Position numbers and translations under genes: made by a program. The notes beneath the pieces are model-generated. The model had not been told where the DNA came from. It made no database searches and saw only the letters and a list, made by a program, of their open reading frames with translations. Below are positions 1 to 11,934 of a stretch of 64,000 nt of DNA, piece by piece. Each line of letters starts with the position of its first letter. Positions within the stretch are counted from its first letter, which is position 1. The stretch lies in the NCBI GenBank assembly GCA_013265495.1, contig MU058531.1:2666911-2730910 (forward strand), written 5' to 3'. This DNA is from Vicugna vicugna. Lineage: Eukaryota.

Positions 1-847
1 GAGTACCTCCCCTGAGGGCCACCCCTGTGACCTGGAGCCAGGTTTCTTCCCTGCAAGAACAGCAATAAAAAGATTAAAAGAGAAATTACTATGATGGATC
101 ATAGATGCTGGTATTTGAGAAAGTTTTTCTTAAAGGTTGGGAAAGAGGCACATGTTTCTGGAGTGATTCTGAAGAGAACTTCTGGGCACCTTCAAGGACT
201 TCCCAGGTTGATAGCAACGCTTTTTATTCCAACTTCACTTTTTAACAGATGGCTTTTCTGTTCTGGGCAACAAATAGAATTGCCCCTGCAGCTACCCTGA
301 TGCTCACTAGCTCCTGCTGAGGCTGGTTTTGGCACCCAGATGGAACACAGATGGAGAGTGCTGGGAAGTGTTTTCAGAGGTTTCTGAGCAAAAGAAGGGA
401 AGGAAAAGAGTTAGGAGTTTCATGTGAAAGACAATGCCTGTTGCTAGTCATAGAAGGGGAAATGACAGAAAAAAAGGGAGAGTGGGATGTGGGTATGAGC
501 CTCTGGAGGGAAGAGAAGAGAGACTCAATTCCTCATACCTGTCAACAGGTGGCAGCACTGGCGCAATACAGCTCCGCGGTGGTGTGTGATGTGATCAGAA
601 GTCCCCATGACTGTGGGGTGTGGGTGCGTAAGTGGCAGCCGTTTGGGGGCTGGTGGAGAAGGATAACGGCAGCGTGCATCTGGCTGATAGAAAGAATGCC
701 AACATTCATAGCTTGTGATGGCCTGCGTTATTCTCCCTTGGGCCCATTTTCCAGCAGCATACAAGGTGAAGGGAATTCACAGTTACTGTGCACTTGCTCC
801 ATGTCATATAGCCTGATGAGTTCTCTCACTTACTTACCGTCTCTAGT

Positions 848-992
848 TCTCTTGAGGGTCGACGTTATACCCATTTTACACACAAGGAAAAAGAAACTTA
901 GAAATGTTAGTTACCTGTTCATGGGCTCAGGGCTGGGAAGGGGCAGAGCAAAGATTCAGCCCAACATCTGCCTGCTGCCAAAGCCTGTTTTG
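848..992 (-). mobile_element. MIR SINE fragment
   Basis: Antisense MIR core 'cccattttacacacaaggaaaaagaaacttagaaatgttagttacctgttc'. Confidence 0.7.
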
Positions 993-1084
993 ATTTACCG
1001 TATGTGTTGATTCCAGAGATCAGGCAGAGGGACTGTGTTTATTGTTTAATAGTCCTCCCCCTCAACAGCCCAACTTGACTAAGT

Positions 1085-1264
1085 CAGTGTTTTAAAAACT
1101 TATGTGAACTTAAGGATTCCTGGGGTGCTTGCTGAAATATATCAATTCCTGGGCTGGACTCCTAGAATTTCTGATTAGAGTGCCTGTGGGAGGAGCCTGA
1201 GAATCTGTGTTTAACACGCTCCAAATGTGATCCCCGTGTGCTCTGGCCAGCTTGGTCAACATTG
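1085..1264. mobile_element. MER5-like hAT-Charlie MITE
   Basis: Starts CAGTG, ends near 'aacattg'; internal 'ttcctgggc...tctgattag...gcctgagaatctgtgtttaaca' typical of MER5A/B. Confidence 0.7.
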
Positions 1265-2270
1265 GTACTGGCAGATTGTCACATTTATGAATATAAACTC
1301 AGTGGGCTGTAAACGATTTATCTTTGCAAGGTTGTTTGTGGTTCAGGAAGTAAAATTTCTTGTGCTATATTTATGTACTTTCCCTCTGATCTCTGTCAAA
1401 TACTGCTGAGGTTTTTACATTATGACATTATTTAAATAATCAGTGGAGATTATGTTTACATTTGGTGGTAAGGCTAAAATATGGCAATATTTCACTCCCC
1501 AGGGTGTCATTCCCCATTTTACTTTGTACATTAGAGGTAAAATATTTATTTGCATGATCTGAAAGGAAGTCTCTGGTTAAGGGGCAGGAGTTTGAATTCT
1601 GGTTAATACTGAGTGATAAAAGGCAGAGGTACGTCTTTAGCTTCTTAATCTTGCCTCTGCTGGGCCCTGCTACTCTTCTCAGCTTTGTCCATCTGAATGG
1701 GATTAAGAGGAGATTGTTTAGTCTACACCCATAAAACTAAAGAGAAATAGAGATTTGAGGGGAATTGTTTAGATAATTAGGCCCAAAGCATTTTGGGTGG
1801 AAATACTCAAATATCAATTCTAATAATGCTTTTCTGGAGTTTGGGACTATACATGATTAAATGAAACTTTCACTTTCTAGAAGGTCATTTGAGATCCAGT
1901 ATTCTAGTCTCAAGGATTGGCAGGTAGCACAGGGGAACATTATTCCGTAATAAGTAGCAATTTATAAAATCAATACCTCTTTTAATACCTCTGTCCCTCT
2001 CCACCCTACCTAACTTCAGCATCTCTGTAAGCTAACAGCACATTAAAGAAAAATCTTGCAAAGATGCAGAATTGCATGAAGCATTCTGAAGGGTGATGTT
2101 GGAGAATTCCTATGGGTTCAGACAAAGCTGTTAACGAATGTGGATTTGGCAGAGTTAGTGCACATAACAGTTGAAGGAGAGAAAATCAACAGGATGCTTC
2201 AAAAGAGAGTGATTTAAATATGACATATTAAAAAAGCCTTCAGAAAATGGATGAAGTCCTCCATTATTTT

Positions 2271-2418
2271 TGTGTGTGTGTGTGGGGAGTAATTAGGTTT
2301 ATCTATTTGTTTTTTAAATTTTTATTTAATATATTTTTTAACAAAGGTACTGGGAATTGAACCCAGTATGTCATGCATGCTAAGCATGGACTCTACCAGT
2401 GAGCTATACTCTCCCCCC
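2271..2418 (-). mobile_element. tRNA-Ala-derived camelid SINE (vic-1 type)
   Basis: Minus strand reads GGGGGAGAGTATAGCTCACTGGTAGAG...TTAGCATGC...GGTTCAATTCC (A and B boxes). 17-bp TSD aagtcctccattatttt (2254-2270) / aagttctctattatttt (2419-2435). Confidence 0.9.
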
Positions 2419-2919
2419 AAGTTCTCTATTATTTTCCTGAGAATTACTGTTTTTATGACTGTATTGGAAAATAAAATGTGAAGACTATTACTGTTGTGCT
2501 ATCATGTAATGTTGTTAGAAAAATTGTACCAAAGGAACTTTAAAACATTCATTCGTTGTTTGCTCTAAGAATTAGAGCATGTTTACTGTCATTTTCCAAA
2601 TCTGGTTTAATACAAGATAAAATAAACTTATTTTTATTTAGTTTCATTTTTCAAAGATAAATTTCTATCAGTTTTTGCCGCTATTTATTATGTCACTATT
2701 TACTGTAAACTTTTTAATCTTGTTTAAAGAGGATTCACTCTAAGTATAAGGATTAAATGAGTTTTTACATGTAAAATATCTAGAACAGTGCTGGGTACAT
2801 GGTAAGTACTCTGTAACTTTAGTTATTATTGTTATTAAAATGTAATTGATAAAAAACACCAATTATACTTGGATAATGAGCGCAGCATGTTTTATATTTG
2901 GTCTTAATAGCTCTTGCCA

Positions 2920-3110
2920 TTTACTACATACTATTAATTAAACAGACTTTATATATATGATTTCATCTGATTCTTACAACCCATGCTAGGAAACGGGTGC
3001 TTTTTTTAGTTCCATCACAGTTAAGGAAACTGATGACAAGTAGGACCTTAGGTCTCACAGCCGGTAAGTGGAAGGGCCAAAATTTGAATCCAAGTTTGAC
3101 TGCAAAGGCT
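2920..3110 (-). mobile_element. MIR SINE
   Basis: 'tcttacaacccatgctagg...aggaaactgatg...ggtctcacagccggtaagtgg...tttgaatccaagtttgactgcaaagg' antisense MIR. Confidence 0.7.
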
Positions 3111-3159
3111 AGGATCTCCCTTCTTTTCCTTTCTCTTTCTCTCCCTCTCATCCTTCCTT

Positions 3160-3730
3160 CCAAATTTTTGGAAGAAAACCTCAAATATATACAAAAATAG
3201 CAAAATAGAAAACCTCAAATATATACAAAAATAGCAAAATAGAACCAAGAACCCCCTAGAAAGGCTTTTCCCAGCTTCAACAATGACCAACTTGAGGCCA
3301 ATTTTCTTTCATCTCTACTCCAAACTCCCCTCCCACCCCCCGATTATTTGCACAAAATTCCTGACATTGTATCATCTCAGCTTTGTTTCTGTGTATCTAA
3401 AAGACAGGGACTCTTATTTAAATGAATCCTCAATATCATTTTTACACCCAAAAGAAAACAATAATAATGTTAATCAACATTCATATGGCCTCATATGGCC
3501 TCTGATTATCCCATAAATTTAACATTAGGTTGGTTTGAATCAGATCTGTACATCACATCTGGTTCTTAAATTCCTCAGAGCTCTCTCGGTCTAAAGATTC
3601 CTTCTCCATTGTTTTTTTCCTCCCTGCCTGGAGATTGATTTGTCGAAGAAAGTGATGTTTGTCCTGTAGAATTTTCTGCAGCCTGGATTTTGATGATTTC
3701 ATCCCTGAGATGCTGTATAGCATCTGTAAA
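3160..3730 (-). mobile_element. Ancient L1 (L1MC/L1ME-type) 3' end fragment
   Basis: Antisense old L1 3'UTR signature 'caaatatatacaaaaatag...cccagcttcaacaatgaccaac...ggccaattt'. Confidence 0.6.
3173..3244. repeat. Perfect 34-bp tandem duplication
   Basis: agaaaacctcaaatatatacaaaaatagcaaaat at 3173-3206 and 3207-3240, followed by agaa. Confidence 0.95.
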
Positions 3731-4159
3731 TTGGCTATTTTCTTCTTTTTTTTTTTAAACAAATTTTTATTGAGCTCCTACTTTATTTAAGGTGCTGGGT
3801 TCCCGGCCACCTAGTTCCCTCCCACTTGGGGTTTAGGGCCTATGGAGGGACACAGACACTAAGCAAGCAAACAGACAGGACATTTTATTTCTATTCTATA
3901 ATATATAAATATGTACTTCTTCTGATATAAATATTTGGTCTTCATAACAGTGTGAAGTAAAAGGTTTTTATTATACAAAGGAACTACTATGACATCAGAG
4001 AACCAGATAGGGTTCAGATCTTCCCTGTGATATCAACTATGTGTGACCACGTGGTGGTATGTGTTGGGGATTGTAGGGGAGAGGGGGGAGGGAGGGTTGG
4101 GATTGCCTGGGAATCTTTAAAATGATAGGTTTGGACCAGATAAGTGTTTCTCCCATCTT

Positions 4160-4366
4160 CTAGAGCAGTGGAATCCTTTTTCTTCTCTACGTGAACTCTC
4201 ATGCTGATCCTAATATATAAAACAGGCAACAGTGGAGCTGCCCTGGGTGAAGCAGGTTGTGGAGCCCGGCCGCATCTCACTCTCTGTCCCTAACTGACAT
4301 GCCCGCCTCATTCCTAGAAATGTCCTTAGAACCTAAGTCTCCGTGGAGCAGTCAGAAAACCGCTGG
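4160..4366. mobile_element. hAT-Charlie MITE relic (MER112-like)
   Basis: 'gcagtggaatccttt...taatatataaaacagg...ggagctgccctgggtgaagc...gaaaaccgctg'. Confidence 0.5.
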
Positions 4367-4478
4367 ATTAGGTAATACTTGATGTTCTTCTAAGCATTAC
4401 CCAACCATGAAAGATGTGGGTGAGGAAAGCCTCTGTTTCTTCAGTGGGATTGGATCTCTATTCATGTTACTCTGTGTG

Positions 4479-4605
4479 TGTGTGTGTGTGTTTTGTGATG
4501 GGGAGGTAATTGGGTTTATTTATTTATATTTGAAGGAGGTACTGGAGAATCGGACCTTGTGCATGCTGAGCATGCGCTCTACCACTTGAGCTATACCCTT
4601 CCCCC
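4479..4605 (-). mobile_element. vic-1-type SINE monomer (B box damaged) with (TG)n tail
   Basis: 'ggggaggtaattgggtttatt...ggaggtactgg...ccttgtgcatgctgagcatgcgctctaccacttgagctataccc'; B-box region shortened. Confidence 0.85.
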
Positions 4606-4615
4606 AAAGCACACG

Positions 4616-4756
4616 TTTTGCTTGTTTTGTTTGTTTTATGAGGAGGAGGTAATTAGGTTTATTCATTTATTTCTATTTGGAGGCGGTACTGGGGATTGAA
4701 CCCAGGACCTTGTGCATTCTAAGCGTGAGCTCCAGTGCTTGAGCTATCCCATCCCC
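4616..4756 (-). mobile_element. vic-1-type SINE monomer
   Basis: 'ggaggtaattaggtttatt...ggtactggggattgaacccaggaccttgtgcattctaagc...gagctatccc'. Confidence 0.9.
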
Positions 4757-4829
4757 ACTGTGTGAATTTCTTTATCAATAGGAACATCAAGTGCCAGAGC
4801 TGGCACCCTCTAATCCAATCTCTCTTTCT

Positions 4830-5260
4830 TAGTCAGCCCCGCTTCAGCTGCACGTGACAGAACCCAAGTCAAACTAGCCTGTGCATAACAGGGAAATCAT
4901 TGGCACATATGACTGGGAAGCCCCGGTGTGGATCTGGCTTCAGGCCAGGGGTTCAAACCCATGGCCTCAGGATGCTGGTTCTTTGCACTTCTCAATACTA
5001 CTGTAGTCTGCCTGGTTTCCCTCTCTGGCAGGTGTTCCTCATGAGGTGGCCCCCAACAACGCTAGGCTTACATTCTACCAGCCCAGACACCTCCCTGCAC
5101 AGAGAGGGACTCTTCCTTGATAATTGCTACAGCAGTCCCACGGGTCCACCCTCACTGGCCAGGCGTGAGCCACGTGCTCAGCTTTGAACCAATCACCAAA
5201 GCCAGGGGAATTCAGAATGCTAAGGGGCCATCTAGGGCTATCTAAACCATATGGGGCAGG
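4830..5260 (-). mobile_element. MaLR LTR (MLT1J/K/L-like)
   Basis: 'cagctgcacgtgacagaacccaagtcaaactagc...tctggcttcaggc...tgaaccaatcacc' typical of old MLT1 in antisense. Confidence 0.6.
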
Positions 5261-5267
5261 ACTATTC

Positions 5268-5938
5268 TGTTATCGGACAAGGTTCGTTTTGCCGGACACA
5301 CGGCAGGCCAAAACGCTGAGATGCAGAGGTTTGCAGCAAAGAGAGGGGTTACTTGCCAGGCAGCCAAACGAGAACAAATCCCAGATCTGGCCCCCAGAAG
5401 GCAAGGCGCTGGGGTATTTAGGAAGTGAATAAAGAAGCAGGGCGTCCTGAAGCGTGGGAAGCGTGGGAAGCGTGGGGAAAGGCGATTGGGAAAAGGTGCT
5501 GTAATTGTGGTTCTGCGCAGGTGTAACTACGTTACAGGCTCAGCACGCGCTGAGGGTGGAGTTTTCCGCCCTCTGACCTCTACGTCTAAAGGTCACCGCA
5601 CGCTGGCGCATGCCCAGTTGGAGGGTCGGGGGTTCCTCTCCACAGGCTCGGCTCCAACTGGAGGCAGCTCTCCCAAGTTGCTGGAAAATAGCTCGGGCAA
5701 GCGTCTTGTTTAGGCTACATGCGGCTTGGAGGACATGCGTCTTAAGGCGGCTTTGATGGGTGAAGGCAGGTGAAGAGGATTTAACCCAAGCTTTCAATTC
5801 CTCAAGAAATATTGAGGTGCTGCTACCAAAAGAGCAGAAAACAACCCCAAGAGAGGAACGCTGTGCTTGAAGAGACTGTATAACTTACCCGGACTGGAAT
5901 AGTTTAGAGAGTAAAAGGAGGCCCCATTCCCGGTTACA
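5268..5938 (-). mobile_element. ERV1-like solo LTR, CpG-rich (relatively young)
   Basis: TG...CA termini with short inverted ends (tgttatcgg / ccggttaca). Minus-strand CCAAT (5485-5489) and TAAATA (5415-5420). U5-like 'gccaaaacgctgaga...ggtttgcagca' as in MER4-group LTRs. Many intact CpGs. Confidence 0.75.
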
Positions 5939-6314
5939 GTGGGGCAGTTGCTGGAGATGGTACTGTTTGTTCTGGGCAAACTAGAAAAGAGAAGCCCAGC
6001 GGAGAAGTTAAATGACTGCCAAGCTGGTGAGTGAGAGAACTGGCTGTAGAACCCAATCCAGCATTTTCCACCAAAAGGTCATTGTCAGCCTCCAGGAACT
6101 TGTCTAGAGTAGGGTTGTTTCAACAGAGTCAGGTTTAGTAGAGTAGATATTACTGAAAAATAAGACCTCTCGTGAAATTAGGCCAAGTGAGGAGTCATTC
6201 GTGGTGCTAAATGTCAGTGACTATCTGCAACAACTCTGCAACAACTTTCATCTTTGCCATGTTCGGATATCCAGCATTAAATATTTTGAGGGCACAGACG
6301 TATACACCCCAGAA

Positions 6315-6553
6315 TGGTATGGCATAGTCAGTGGTTAAAGACTGGGCCTGGAATCAGCTGGGTTTGAATGCAGCTCTACCATTCCTTAGTTGTGTGACTT
6401 TGGGCAAGTGGCTTAATCTTTCTGACATCATCTCTACAAAGAGACTAACAACGTCACCTACCTCAGAAGTTTATTGTGAGGATAAAGTGAGACATTCATC
6501 AAGCGCAGCGCTGGAACATGGTCCATGCTCAATAAACGTGAGTTATTTTTATT
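6315..6553 (+). mobile_element. MIR SINE, near full length
   Basis: 'gtggttaaagactgggcctggaatcag...tgtgtgactttgggcaagtggcttaa...ctcaataaacgtgagttatt'. Confidence 0.85.
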
Positions 6554-8379
6554 AATTCTATTATTGGCATGCCTATAGAAGCTTGTGCAGTCTCTGGCTT
6601 GGCCTCCCGCCGACCATTGTTAACGTCTTGATTTTGGATGCTCTTTGGTGGTTTGTGTAGGAGGATCACTGGACAGTGTAGACTGACTTAACGACCTGTT
6701 CTGGCTCCAGCCATATAGCTGCCCAGGTGTTTCTCCTTTGTGACCCAATCACGTATCTGCAGCCCCAGCCCTACACCCAGTCAATTGGACAGTGGTCAGT
6801 TTGCACGTGTGTGGCACTGACACTACACTAAGGAGGGTTGGTAAGGAAATGGTAGGGATTTTATAGCGTCTCTAGGGAGTGTTAAATTGCAGGGAGGAAA
6901 AATGTAAAGGACAGTTGAAAATTAATTAAAAAAAATCAAGTCAAGCCATCACCAGGTCTTCGCAGTTCGTGGTGTTAAATTCCAAGCCAAAAAGAAAACC
7001 AGGAGCCAACTATTTTAGTGTATGTCTTTAGCCTCAGACACCTGGTTTGGAAACACACACCACCTGTGCTGCATTAAACCTGCGAAAAACCCAGGAAGGA
7101 ACTACAGTGTGTGAGGCCAGAAAAGGGTTGGCTCCTGGATCTCTTAGGTCAAACAGCAGGCTGTAAATGACTCTTTTCAAAACAGACATATTGCTTCCCA
7201 AGATTGCGGCCTGCCACAAAGAAAGGTACACACAGCAGTTGTTCCCAGCAAGAGTTATACTATATGGCTATTAGGGGGAATGGAAGCGGCTTGATTCTCG
7301 CCAATGGCAGGAAATAAGGTCAAGTAAAGATAACAGGTCTTTGAATTAAGGAGGCTTTAAACACACATCCTGGCCTCACGGCTTTAGCAGCGAGTAAGAA
7401 TTATGGAATGAAGCTTCAGGTTTTCTTACTCCCTTTAAGCTGGACTTTGGAAACACACCCTCTCTCTGATTAACGGAGGCCTGTGTGGGGAAGGCAGCAG
7501 CTTCCTCATACCTTCAGCTTGTTTACGCTCTTTCTAAATAGACCACACTGCCATGTTACTAGTGAGAGCTGGGCTGGTTGCAGGAGTTAAGTTTTATAAG
7601 TAGAGTGTTGGTCTTCATGATAAATACTTTCAGATTTGGAGGTCAAGATGGCATTACTTATGTCTAGGCAATGGGGAAGGGAGCTCACAGACCCCAGGAG
7701 TAGCGGGCCAGGATGTTTCTACGTTGCTGTATTTTTCAAGGACAATACATCCTAACAGGCTTGACTTAATTCAACAAGACAGCGTAGCAGTTCAGGAAGA
7801 AAAAAAAAAAACCCAAAACCAGTGTCAAAAAGTTGTTTAAAATGTAGAGAAACACCTGATTGTTAGCCTGGATTCCCTGCCCTGGTGTGCAGACTGTATT
7901 TATTATACAGTCACCTTGATTTTCTTCCTCTCTGAGTGGGAGGGAAGTGGCAGAAATGAGAGTAGGGAGTAGAAGGAGTGGGGCGGTGGGGGGGAACTTA
8001 AGCAACCAGTTAAAAAAAAAACAAAAAAGCAAGCCGATTAAGTCAGTTGGTTTGCTGGCTAGTCTGCAAATAACCAGCTGGTTGACCAAACTCAACCTTT
8101 ATTTGCTGACTGCTGGTGTTGGTTCTGGTGCACATGACTGTAGACCTGGCTTAGCTTTTTTCCCCCAGTAACTGCTTGAAGAAAGTACACAGATTCTTCA
8201 TGCTCTTAAAGGGTTTTCTCTTCTGATAGTGAAAACAGAAAAAAAGATCTTGATTTTGATACTTAAGCTATGACCCTGACCTATCATGGCTGAGAGACAT
8301 TATTTGTGGGTGACATCCACAGGGTGTGGTACTCGGAAAAATCAGTTGAAAGGATTTGCCTCTATGCAGGGAGAGAGGT

Positions 8380-8575
8380 TGGGGTTGTCTGCTTGCTAGC
8401 TGTGAGTCCTCAGGCAAGTCACTTTACATCTCCAGGCTTCAGTTTTCTTACCTGAAACTGGGAATAGTGATTGATGGTGTCTACTTCATAGGGTTGTTGA
8501 AAGACTAAATGAGACAATCCCAGTGCTTAGTGTGGTGCCTGGCACAGTGTAAGGAAGAGTTCTGGAAGTGTTAAC
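8380..8575 (+). mobile_element. MIR SINE
   Basis: 'tagctgtgagtcctcaggcaagtcactttacatctccaggcttcagttttc...gtgcctggcacagt'. Confidence 0.75.
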
Positions 8576-10086
8576 TGTTCGTTGCATCATCATTGGGAAT
8601 CTTTGTAGCTCACATATACCTCATTGGCTTCATGGAGAGTCTATAAATCTATACGTTTCAATTTTTATTTTATACAGAATGGTTTGAAGCCCTGATGAAT
8701 TTTCTTGCTGTGGTTTGATTTTAAATAAATCTTTGGTTCCTAGGCTTTTACTTGAATTAAACATGCAATTCTAGGTTTTAATGTTTTTAAAGATTTTTAA
8801 TATGCATAGATTAACTTTTTTGTTTTTTTTTTACAAAAGCAATTCATATTTATCTTCTTTAAAGTAAACAAGTATCATAAAAAAGAAGAAAATAACTGAT
8901 AATTCTACCATTCAGAGATTTCCACTGTCCACATTTGGGTGAATTATTATTATGCACATGTTTTACAACTTTTTACCTAATTTTGTATTAGATGTCTTTC
9001 CCATCACTAACTAGTCTTCAATGTCATGTTTAATGGCAACAGAGGATTTTATCCATGAAGCATCTGTTTATTTTAGCAATCCTTTTATGGACATTCAGAC
9101 CCTTTCCAATTTTTTCACTACTGAATAGCATCATTTTTAAACTCCAAATCACCAAATTCCAAGATGTGGTCTCCAGCTTTGGGCCTTCATGCCTTTACAT
9201 AAACCTACAGGTTTTTCTGAAAGTTAGAAATCCCTTACATCCAAATGAGCACCAAGGATACCCCTTTAAAAGGTTGGCAAGTTAAATTCCTCTCTCATTC
9301 CTGGGTGAGAAGAGACAAAATTGGGCTCACTTTCATGACAGCTATGACTGTGGGTAAGGTGCTCCAGACGGGCACTCCCATCCTGTCGCATTTCCTCTTA
9401 ATCGTAGGCAATTTTCTCACCGCGGTGGCAACCCCACCTTTCATGGCACGTCAAAATGCATCATCCAGATGGATGGTCCCCAGGACAAGGGGAGAGTTCA
9501 CACACGTGTGTTCTGTGCAATGCTCTAACGCCTTTACACAATGTCTCACCTCTCATTCCGGGGCAGCACTGTCTGGCGAGGCCTTTTCCTGTTCAACTGG
9601 GATTAGGACTTGTTCGAAGGATATACATGACTTCATTTGCAGCTAAGACGGGTTGTTCAAACCAGGGGTGGTGCTGTCAAAGGGATTTGGAAGTGTGAGG
9701 TAAACTGCTCCATAAAGAGAAATGGCTCGGGAGTGCAGGGGTGTTCCCTGGGCAGTTCTGGCTGGCTTCCTGGCCCTAGTTAAGATGTAGGCTAGTGCTG
9801 GGCAAAACCATCAAGGAAGGAATGTCTTCTGGGCCTCTCCTTGCCTTTCTCCCCATGCACTTGAGAGCATCATGGACTTCATGGGGACCTCTGGCTCCCA
9901 CTGGGCCAGCTGCTCAGGCCACCTTGTAGGGTGGCCCCTCACTGCGGGGTAGAAGAGGCCCAAACCTCCTCCTAGAGAAGGTGATTTCTTTCCTTTCTGC
10001 CAGCAGACAGCAGTCTGTGGGGACACGAAGGTTACTGTAAGGATAAAACTCCTTATGAATAAAACTATTTAGGGGTCTTAGAAGAA

Positions 10087-10220
10087 GGGTTACCAGTGTA
10101 GTGGCCAGTGAAATACATACAGGACACTCAGTGAAATTTGGATTTCAGATAGACAACAGATAAATTTTTTTTCAGTGTAAGTGTGTACCCTGAATGCACA
10201 GTCGCTTATATTTGTGATTT
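10087..10220. mobile_element. MER53-like hAT MITE (half)
   Basis: 'acaggacactcagtgaaatttggatttcagatagacaacagataaatttttt...gtgtaagtgtgt' matches one MER53 arm. Confidence 0.7.
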
Positions 10221-10345
10221 CCTTCATCTTTTTACATTTTTCGCACCTAATTTGAAAGCTTTTTTTGTCTTGAGGAATCTTTCCAAAGCACTGAAATGAG
10301 ATTCAAAGAAACAGTAACTCTCCCTTATTATTCCTTATTTTCCCA

Positions 10346-10580
10346 TTTTTTAAAATTGAAGTATTGTTGGCTTGCAGTGTTGTATTAGTTTCTGGTGCAC
10401 AGCATAGTGTACATTTATATATATATGTATATATATAACTGGTGTACAGTTATATATATGTGTGCATATATATATAACATATATGCATATTATAACATAT
10501 ATATTCTTTTTCATGACAGGTTCCTATAAGCCATTGAATATAGTTCCCTCTGCTGTATAGTAGGATCTCTTGTTTCTTTG
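10346..10580 (-). mobile_element. Cetartiodactyl-type L1 3'UTR fragment with internal AT-rich microsatellite
   Basis: 'ttgaagtattgttggcttgcagtgttgtattagtttctggtgcacagcatagtg...ttgaatatagttccctctgctgtatagtagga'. Confidence 0.7.
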
Positions 10581-11028
10581 CTTCTCATACTCTTATTTCC
10601 TTGCTTCACATACTGGTTAATCAGAGCACACACTCTAACAAGTACAGGGGCCATAACAACTTTGGGGACAAGGACACCTTACTTTTGAAGAGCACAGACC
10701 TCACTCATAGGAACGTGGGAATATGATGCAGGGGTCTTCCAGAGAGGCCGCCTGGGCTGGATGTTCAGCTCGCTGGACATTTTACAGAATGATGATCGAT
10801 GGTCAATCAGTGAATTTGTTAACCAGAGACTAGCAAGGCCAGTATTATTATCATTGACTAATTTTTTGTTAGAGGTTTAATTTGTTTACAGCTTATTGAC
10901 TTTTCTAAATAATAATGTGATAAATACTCTCGTCATTTAATCTTTGCACAAATTCTTAGTTTCCTTAGGCTAACCCCTAAAATTTTATAGATGAGCCAAA
11001 TGAGATCCACCATGGGGCAGAGGATGGG

Positions 11029-11388
11029 CAGTGCTATGCTGGAGACTGCTTGTGAGAGTGGATTGTTACATTTCCAGGAATTTTGTCACCTGGCTGTTAA
11101 CACAGCCATTATGGAAAATAAAATTATATAAACATAACTAAACTGTAGTTAATTAAATTGTCTATTAAGTAATTAAACAAATTATAAACACTCAAAACTC
11201 ATCACTTCCTAATTATTCTACCATGTTTTACTATTATTGAAACTTTCGAGGTTATTTGGTAGAAATAGTAGGAAACGATGGGCATGCTTCCTAGAAATCA
11301 GTCATGGTGGGAGTATTTATACCATGGAAATCGGCATGTGATGCAAGTTAGGGCCATATTTTACTGGGGTTGAATATTTATACCACTG
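11029..11388. mobile_element. MER63-like hAT-Blackjack element nested in a MIR
   Basis: CAGTG...CACTG termini; 'ttccaggaattttg...acacagccattat...ctcaaaactcatcacttcctaattatt...ggtgggagtatttataccatggaaatcggc'; MIR pieces on both flanks. Confidence 0.8.
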
Positions 11389-11934
11389 CATTTGTACCAC
11401 TTCAGAGAAGTGAAAAAGCTAAGTTGCTGATGTCAGAACTGGAAGTATAATCCATTTCTCCTGACTTCCTCAGTGCTTTTGGACCATGTTTTGTAAAGTT
11501 TTTGTTTTTTCAATCCATACCTTACTGGCATACCCTAATACTTCTAAATAATCTTCACCCAAAGGCATAAAGTGTTTATAGGCTATTGAGAAAGTGACAG
11601 AACTGCATTCAGCAAACATTAATTGAGCACCTGCTGTGTGCTAAATACAAGGATGACAAAGATGAATAAGACATACAGTGTTCTCAAATAGTGATGCCCC
11701 AGACTGTGGGTCACCAAGTTAATGAAAGTCCTTAAGTCATTGCCATGTATTAACCTTAAATAATAGCAATCATATAACATATACATATGTAATACAATGT
11801 AGATAATTTGTTACTAACATTTTAAATGTCTGATAATAGAAATTAAGTGTATATTCACACACAATTGCTTTATTATCATATGGTGGTCTACACTTTAAAA
11901 AATAAGGTCCCATAGTAGAAAGAGTTAAGGGGGG

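Noticed and set aside
351..1010. 219-aa + strand ORF
   Set aside because: No recognisable domain, non-coding-like composition, and its 3' end runs through a MIR.
2340..2418. tRNA-Ala-like sequences here and at 4.5, 4.7, 30.1 and 47.2 kb as tRNA genes
   Set aside because: They carry A-rich tails, degenerate stems and in most cases TSDs, so they are SINEs rather than tRNA genes.
9245..9698. Overlapping 133-aa and 80-aa ORFs in unique sequence
   Set aside because: No recognisable protein family or convincing exon boundaries.
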